A DNA stretch of 64,000 nt from positions 96,001-160,000 of the forward strand of contig JAVKJW010000002.1 of the NCBI GenBank assembly GCA_031458695.1, in the 5' to 3' direction. Positions 59,679 through 64,000 of the stretch are shown here, piece after piece. Origin of the DNA: Candidatus Thermofontivivens primus (GTDB taxonomy: Bacteria > Sysuimicrobiota > Sysuimicrobiia > Sysuimicrobiales > Thermofontiviventaceae). How positions within the stretch are numbered: position 1 is the first letter of the stretch; each line of letters opens with the position of its first letter. Below the pieces are notes generated by a model that was given only the letters and a program-made list of their open reading frames with translations, was not told the origin of the DNA and searched no databases. The translations under genes were made by a program, and so were the position numbers.

Positions 59679-60650
59679 ATGCAGACGACAATCCTGCCTA
59701 CCACCACGGTGGGGAGTTTCCCCAAGCCCCCGTACTTGCTGGAAGCGAGGAGGAAATTCCTCCGCAACCAGATCTCGCGGGAGGAGCTTGCTGAGCTCGA
59801 GCGACGAGCCACCAAGGAGTGGATCCTCCGCCAAGAAGAAGTCGGCCTGGATATCTTCGTGGATGGAGAGCAGTATCGCGGGGACATGGTGGCCTTCTTC
59901 GCCGATGAGATGGAGGGGTTCGCCATCGCTGGGCTCGTCCGTTCCTACGGGAACAGGTATTACCCAAAACCTGTGGTCGTCGGACCTGTCGGCCGGAAGA
60001 AGCCCATCACTGTGGAATGGTGGAAGTACGCGCAGAGCCTCACGGGGAAGCCCGTCAAGGGGATGCTCACCGGTCCCTATACAATCGCCGAGTGGTCCTT
60101 CAATGAATACTATCCGACAAGACGCGAGCTCGTCTTGGAGCTGGCGCGGGCCATTCATGAAGAGGCTGTGGACCTGGAGCGTGCGGGGGCGAAGTTCATC
60201 CAGATCGACGAACCTGCGATCCACACGCGCCCGGAGGAGGACTTCCGCCTCGCGGTGGAGGCAATGGAGATTGTCACCGATGGGCTCTCCGCCTATACCA
60301 TCACGCACATCTGTTATGGCGATGTCCCCAAGATCTACCCGGATATGCTGAGCCTCCCCGTTCGCCAGATCGACCTTGCACTGAAGAATGAGAACTTCGC
60401 ACTTCTTGAGGTATTCCGGAACCCCCGTTTCACCAAGGATATTGGTTTAGGTGTAGTGGATGTCCACTCCCACCGGGTGGAGAGCGAGGAAGAGGTTGTC
60501 GAGGGCATCCGCCGCTCCCTCGAGGTTTTCGATGTCTCGCAGGTCTATATCTCTCCCGACTGCGGGTTGAAGACCAGGACCATGGAGGAGACCATGGGGA
60601 AGCTTCGCGTCATGGTGAACGCCACCCAGCGGGTGCGAGCCGAACTGTAA
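59679..60650 (+). CDS. Core (single-barrel) cobalamin-independent methionine synthase family protein
   Basis: VGSFPKP, DGEQYR, KGMLTGPYT, QIDEP, HICYG, PDCGLK; no N-terminal barrel. Confidence 0.9.
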   Translation: MQTTILPTTTVGSFPKPPYLLEARRKFLRNQISREELAELERRATKEWILRQEEVGLDIFVDGEQYRGDMVAFFADEMEGFAIAGLVRSYGNRYYPKPVVVGPVGRKKPITVEWWKYAQSLTGKPVKGMLTGPYTIAEWSFNEYYPTRRELVLELARAIHEEAVDLERAGAKFIQIDEPAIHTRPEEDFRLAVEAMEIVTDGLSAYTITHICYGDVPKIYPDMLSLPVRQIDLALKNENFALLEVFRNPRFTKDIGLGVVDVHSHRVESEEEVVEGIRRSLEVFDVSQVYISPDCGLKTRTMEETMGKLRVMVNATQRVRAEL

Positions 60651-60680
60651 ATGTGCAGGTTTGTGCGGTGATGGAAAGGG

Positions 60681-61283
60681 ATGGTGAAGGTAGAAGGACA
60701 GCGGCTGATCCGTGTCCCCGTGCAGAAAGTCTATCAGCTCGTGAGCAGGGTGGAGAGCATCCCCCGCTACACGGAGGTGTGGCTCACCGCCGATGTCCTA
60801 GAGCAGAAGAAGGGATCCTCCCTGGTGCACCTGCGGGGGTACTTCGCGGGAATGCCAGTAGATTCTGTGCACCGCATCGTCCTTCAAGCGCCCGCACGCG
60901 TGGAATTCCGGCAGGTCCGGGGGACCATGAAGGTCTTCCGGGGCGAGTATCGCCTGAGGGAGGTCGATGGGGGGACGGAGCTCGTCCTGCGCGTGGAGGC
61001 GGACGCAGGGATCCCTGTTCTCCCAGAGGAGAGCGTCCGTCGGGCGCTTTACCTCTTCGTCGAGCGGACTCTCGATCGGATGAAGCTGCTCGCCGAGAGG
61101 GACCTGCGGGTCCCCAGGCGGGTGAAGGAGAAGGCCGCGGCAGAGGAGGCAGAGCAGCCCGTTGAGGTTTCCCCTCCCACAGAGACCCCTCCCGCGCCTC
61201 CCCTGGAGGAAAGGAAGCCTGAGGAGGTAAAGAAGCGCAAGCGACGCAGGCGGCGCCGCAAGCGCACTCACGAGGGAAGGTGA
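60681..61283 (+). CDS. SRPBCC/START-like family protein with basic C-terminal tail
   Basis: IRVPVQKVYQLV...FRQVRG...FRGEYRL...GGTEL pattern; tail KKRKRRRRRRKR. Confidence 0.7.
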   Translation: MVKVEGQRLIRVPVQKVYQLVSRVESIPRYTEVWLTADVLEQKKGSSLVHLRGYFAGMPVDSVHRIVLQAPARVEFRQVRGTMKVFRGEYRLREVDGGTELVLRVEADAGIPVLPEESVRRALYLFVERTLDRMKLLAERDLRVPRRVKEKAAAEEAEQPVEVSPPTETPPAPPLEERKPEEVKKRKRRRRRRKRTHEGR

Positions 61284-61371
61284 TCCTCCGGCCTGAGAAT
61301 CCTCTGGATTGAGGAGGCGGCAAGGGTCTCTCCAGAGGGACGTTGACCGAGGCAACCTCAGATCGTTTTTC

Positions 61372-61400
61372 TTGACACCCCTGGGCGAGGATGCTAGGAT
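61372..61400 (+). promoter_or_regulatory. Promoter of mrp
   Basis: TTGACA followed at canonical spacing by extended -10 TGCTAGGAT. Confidence 0.65.
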
Positions 61401-61502
61401 GGACCCTGAATGAGAGGTGTTTCGATATACGCCATACAGCCTTCCGCTTCGTTGGACCCTGCAGGTCTTGAGTCACACGAGATAGGCCCGCCGAGGTGAG
61501 CA

Positions 61503-62624
61503 ATGGGTCTTGGGAAACAACCCGCCGAGGTTACGCGTGAGGAGATCCTGGAAGCCCTCAAGGACGTCAGGGATCCAGAGCTTCACCGGAGCATTGTGGA
61601 ACTGGACATGGTCAAGGACGTGACGGTCGCCAACGGTGTGGTGACCGTTCACGCTGTACTGACCATCGGTGGTTGCCCGCTCCGGGAGACCATCGTGGAG
61701 GCAATCCGCAACCGCGTTGCCGCCCTCGGTGGGGTACGGCAGGTCGAGGTGAAGCTCGGGGTGATGACGCCGGAAGAACGCCAGGCGCTCATTCAGAAGC
61801 TGCATGGGGATCACGGTCCTCAGGCCCGGGCGGCTTTTCTCAACCCAGACTCCCCAACCCAAGTCATCGCCGTGGCGAGCGGGAAAGGCGGTGTGGGGAA
61901 GTCCACGGTGACAGTGAACCTTGCCCTCGCCCTCGCCCGCATGGGGTATCGGGTCGGAGTCCTCGATGCCGATGTCTACGGGTTCAGCATCCCCCGGATG
62001 CTCGGGGTGCAGGGAACTCCCACCGTCATTGACCAGATGGTCATCCCCTTGGAGAAGGACGGGATCCGTGTCATTTCCATGGGGTTCATGGTGGATGAGA
62101 AGGAAGCGGTCATCTGGCGGGGGCCCTTGCTTCACAAAGCGTTGACCACCTTCATCTCGGAGGTTCACTGGGGGGAGCTGGACTACCTGCTCATCGATCT
62201 TCCCCCCGGGACGGGCGACGTTTCCATCAGCATCGCCCAAATCCTTCCCAGCGCCTCGATGGTGATTGTGACCACACCCCAGATCGCGGCGACGTCGGTG
62301 GCCCAGCGCGCGGCCCGGATGGCCGAGAAGGTCAACATGGCGGTCGTGGGGATCATCGAGAACATGAGCTACTACCTCCCCGCCCCTGGTTCCGAGCCGG
62401 TTTATATCTTCGGGCAGGGCGGGGGAAGCCAGCTTTCCCAGATGCTGAAGGTGCCCCTCCTCGGCCAGATCCCACTCGATCCCCTGATCCGTGAGGGTGG
62501 CGATCAGGGGAAGCCTGTTGTCTCAGCGCATCCTGGATCTCTCGCCGCACAGGCCTTCATGGAAGCTGCCAAGCGCCTTGTCGCCCAAGTACCCGTTCGC
62601 GCGCAAGTGGCCCCCCGAGGTTGA
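61503..62624 (+). CDS. mrp: Mrp/NBP35 Fe-S cluster carrier ATPase
   Basis: DPEL...GCPL N-domain, SGKGGVGKST, DADVYG, WRGP, DLPPGTGD, ENMS. Confidence 0.95.
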   Translation: MGLGKQPAEVTREEILEALKDVRDPELHRSIVELDMVKDVTVANGVVTVHAVLTIGGCPLRETIVEAIRNRVAALGGVRQVEVKLGVMTPEERQALIQKLHGDHGPQARAAFLNPDSPTQVIAVASGKGGVGKSTVTVNLALALARMGYRVGVLDADVYGFSIPRMLGVQGTPTVIDQMVIPLEKDGIRVISMGFMVDEKEAVIWRGPLLHKALTTFISEVHWGELDYLLIDLPPGTGDVSISIAQILPSASMVIVTTPQIAATSVAQRAARMAEKVNMAVVGIIENMSYYLPAPGSEPVYIFGQGGGSQLSQMLKVPLLGQIPLDPLIREGGDQGKPVVSAHPGSLAAQAFMEAAKRLVAQVPVRAQVAPRG

Positions 62625-62803
62625 AGAACCCATGCATGCGAGAGAGACCCCACACAATTTTTAGGAAGATGCGGTGGGGGTTGTAGGAAATCTTGTCATG
62701 AGACGCTCGCTGGGGGCTTTAGGTAGACAGGTCAGGTGAGAAGACGCCAAACTTGCCGATCAACTTATTACGGTGTAAAGTTGTTTTTAAGGGGGTTCCA
62801 TTC

Positions 62804-64000
62804 ATGGCTGAGAGCACGGTGAACAACATGACCATTCGCCTTGCCGGAGAAGCAGGGCAGGGCGTAGATACAGGCGGTGCAGGGTTCGCAAAGGCGCTGG
62901 CCAATGCGGGGCTGTGGGTGTTCACCACTTCCGAGTTCATGTCACGCATCCGCGGGGGCCTGAACTTCTACCAGATCCGCGTCGCAGACCATCCTCTTTA
63001 CTCCCATGTGGAACCTGTGAACCTTCTCTTGGCTTTTACGGAGGAAGCCGTCTCGGAATACGCTGGGACCGTCGTCCCGGGGGGTGGCGTGATCTACGAC
63101 CAGGGCCTCAAGGTGCGGGAGGAGATGGTTGCACGGAACGGCGTGCAGGCATTCCCCATGCCCCTCGTGAAGATCGCCCAGGAGGTCGGGGGGAACCGCA
63201 TCATGATGAACACCGCCGCCCTTGGCGCTGCCGCAGGGGTGGTAGAGCTCCCCTTCGAGTTCATCGCCGAGATCATCCAAAGGAACTTCCGGCGGAAAGG
63301 CGACGCAGTGGCAGAGGCTAACCTGAAGGTCGCGGAGGCAGGATATCGCTATGCCCGGGAGCACTATGCCGCCGGATTCCCCTGGAAGCTCCAGCCACGT
63401 AAGACCTCCCGACCTCGCTTGATGATGACCGGGAACCAGGCCATCGGGCTTGGAGCCCTTGCCGCGGGTTGTCGGTTCATCTCCGCCTACCCCATGACTC
63501 CTGCGAGCTCCATCATGGAGTGGATCGCGGCCCACGGTGCCCGGTACAAGGTCGTGGTCAAGCAGACCGAGGATGAGATCGCTGCGATCACCATGGCCAT
63601 TGGGGCCGCGTTCATGGGCGCGCGGGCGATGACCGCTACTTCTGGGGGAGGGTTTTCCCTGATGGTGGAAGCCCTTGGCCTTGCCGGGATGGCGGAGATC
63701 CCCGTGGTCGTTGTGGAGTCGCAGCGCCCAGGGCCTTCCACCGGGATGCCCACGAAAACAGAGCAGGGCGATCTCCTCTTCGTCCTCCACGCCTCCCAGG
63801 GTGAGTTCCCCCGTATCGTCCTGGCTCCAGGGACCATTGAGCAATGCTTCTGGACGATGGTCCGTGCGTTCAACTTGGCGGAGAAATACCAGTGTCCCGT
63901 CATCGTTCTCACGGATAACTACATGGCCTTCCAGGCCCGTACAGTCCTGCGACAGGACTTTGACTATACCAAGGTGGAGATTGACCGTGGGGCCTTGCTC
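62804..64000 (+). CDS. 2-oxoacid:acceptor oxidoreductase alpha subunit, 3' end outside window
   Basis: Read by hand: MAESTVNNMTIRLAGEAGQG...SRIRGG...AYPMTPAS...EDEIAA...TSGGGFSLM...QRPGPSTGMPT. Confidence 0.93.
   Translation, partial: MAESTVNNMTIRLAGEAGQGVDTGGAGFAKALANAGLWVFTTSEFMSRIRGGLNFYQIRVADHPLYSHVEPVNLLLAFTEEAVSEYAGTVVPGGGVIYDQGLKVREEMVARNGVQAFPMPLVKIAQEVGGNRIMMNTAALGAAAGVVELPFEFIAEIIQRNFRRKGDAVAEANLKVAEAGYRYAREHYAAGFPWKLQPRKTSRPRLMMTGNQAIGLGALAAGCRFISAYPMTPASSIMEWIAAHGARYKVVVKQTEDEIAAITMAIGAAFMGARAMTATSGGGFSLMVEALGLAGMAEIPVVVVESQRPGPSTGMPTKTEQGDLLFVLHASQGEFPRIVLAPGTIEQCFWTMVRAFNLAEKYQCPVIVLTDNYMAFQARTVLRQDFDYTKVEIDRGALL

Noticed and set aside
61400..61500. 6S RNA or leader peptide upstream of mrp
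   Set aside because: Too short for 6S with no long closing stem; the 29-codon ORF has no SD

Overview
A GC-rich bacterial chromosome segment of mostly housekeeping and metabolic genes, with no recognisable mobile element, prophage or CRISPR array. From left to right: (1) a minus-strand catabolic cluster (GntR, a 2x[4Fe-4S] protein, a Cys/His-motif hypothetical protein, TctCBA, and an enolase-superfamily enzyme running off the left edge) plus a sugar ABC transporter; (2) an ATP-dependent DNA ligase; (3) a nitrogen operon amtB - 37-aa small membrane protein - glnA - REC/ANTAR regulator, whose leader has two terminator-like hairpins, each overlapped by an ANTAR-like hexaloop hairpin; (4) nfeD/stomatin, tsaE-tsaB-rimI-tsaD and CIRCE-groES-groEL; (5) a long pur operon with a PurD-PurE fusion, no purK, and two PurBoxes matching the Bacillus-type PurR at about 46 kb; (6) a CsoR/CstR-family operon with a CoA-disulfide reductase-like enzyme; (7) yabE-rsmA, an aminotransferase, an LCP protein, ispE-purR and a TetR-TolC-HlyD-ABC efflux operon; (8) initiator tRNA-Met, a divergent SAH hydrolase homologue, a DsrE/TusA/SQR/DoxX sulfur cluster, a core methionine synthase, Mrp and the start of a 2-oxoacid:acceptor oxidoreductase alpha subunit. 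The most unusual signals are the ANTAR-type double attenuator with the unannotated small protein, the uncharacterised Fe-S gene pair, the divergent AHCY, and a recurring family of 7-9 bp tandem and inverted micro-repeat arrays at gene junctions, one of which appears to have become the in-frame PurD-PurE linker. Firmicutes-like gene order together with a TolC-family gene suggests a diderm Terrabacteria lineage (inference only). Several starts were moved from the ORF track to the codon with the better ribosome-binding site; all product calls come from motif recognition, not database searches.
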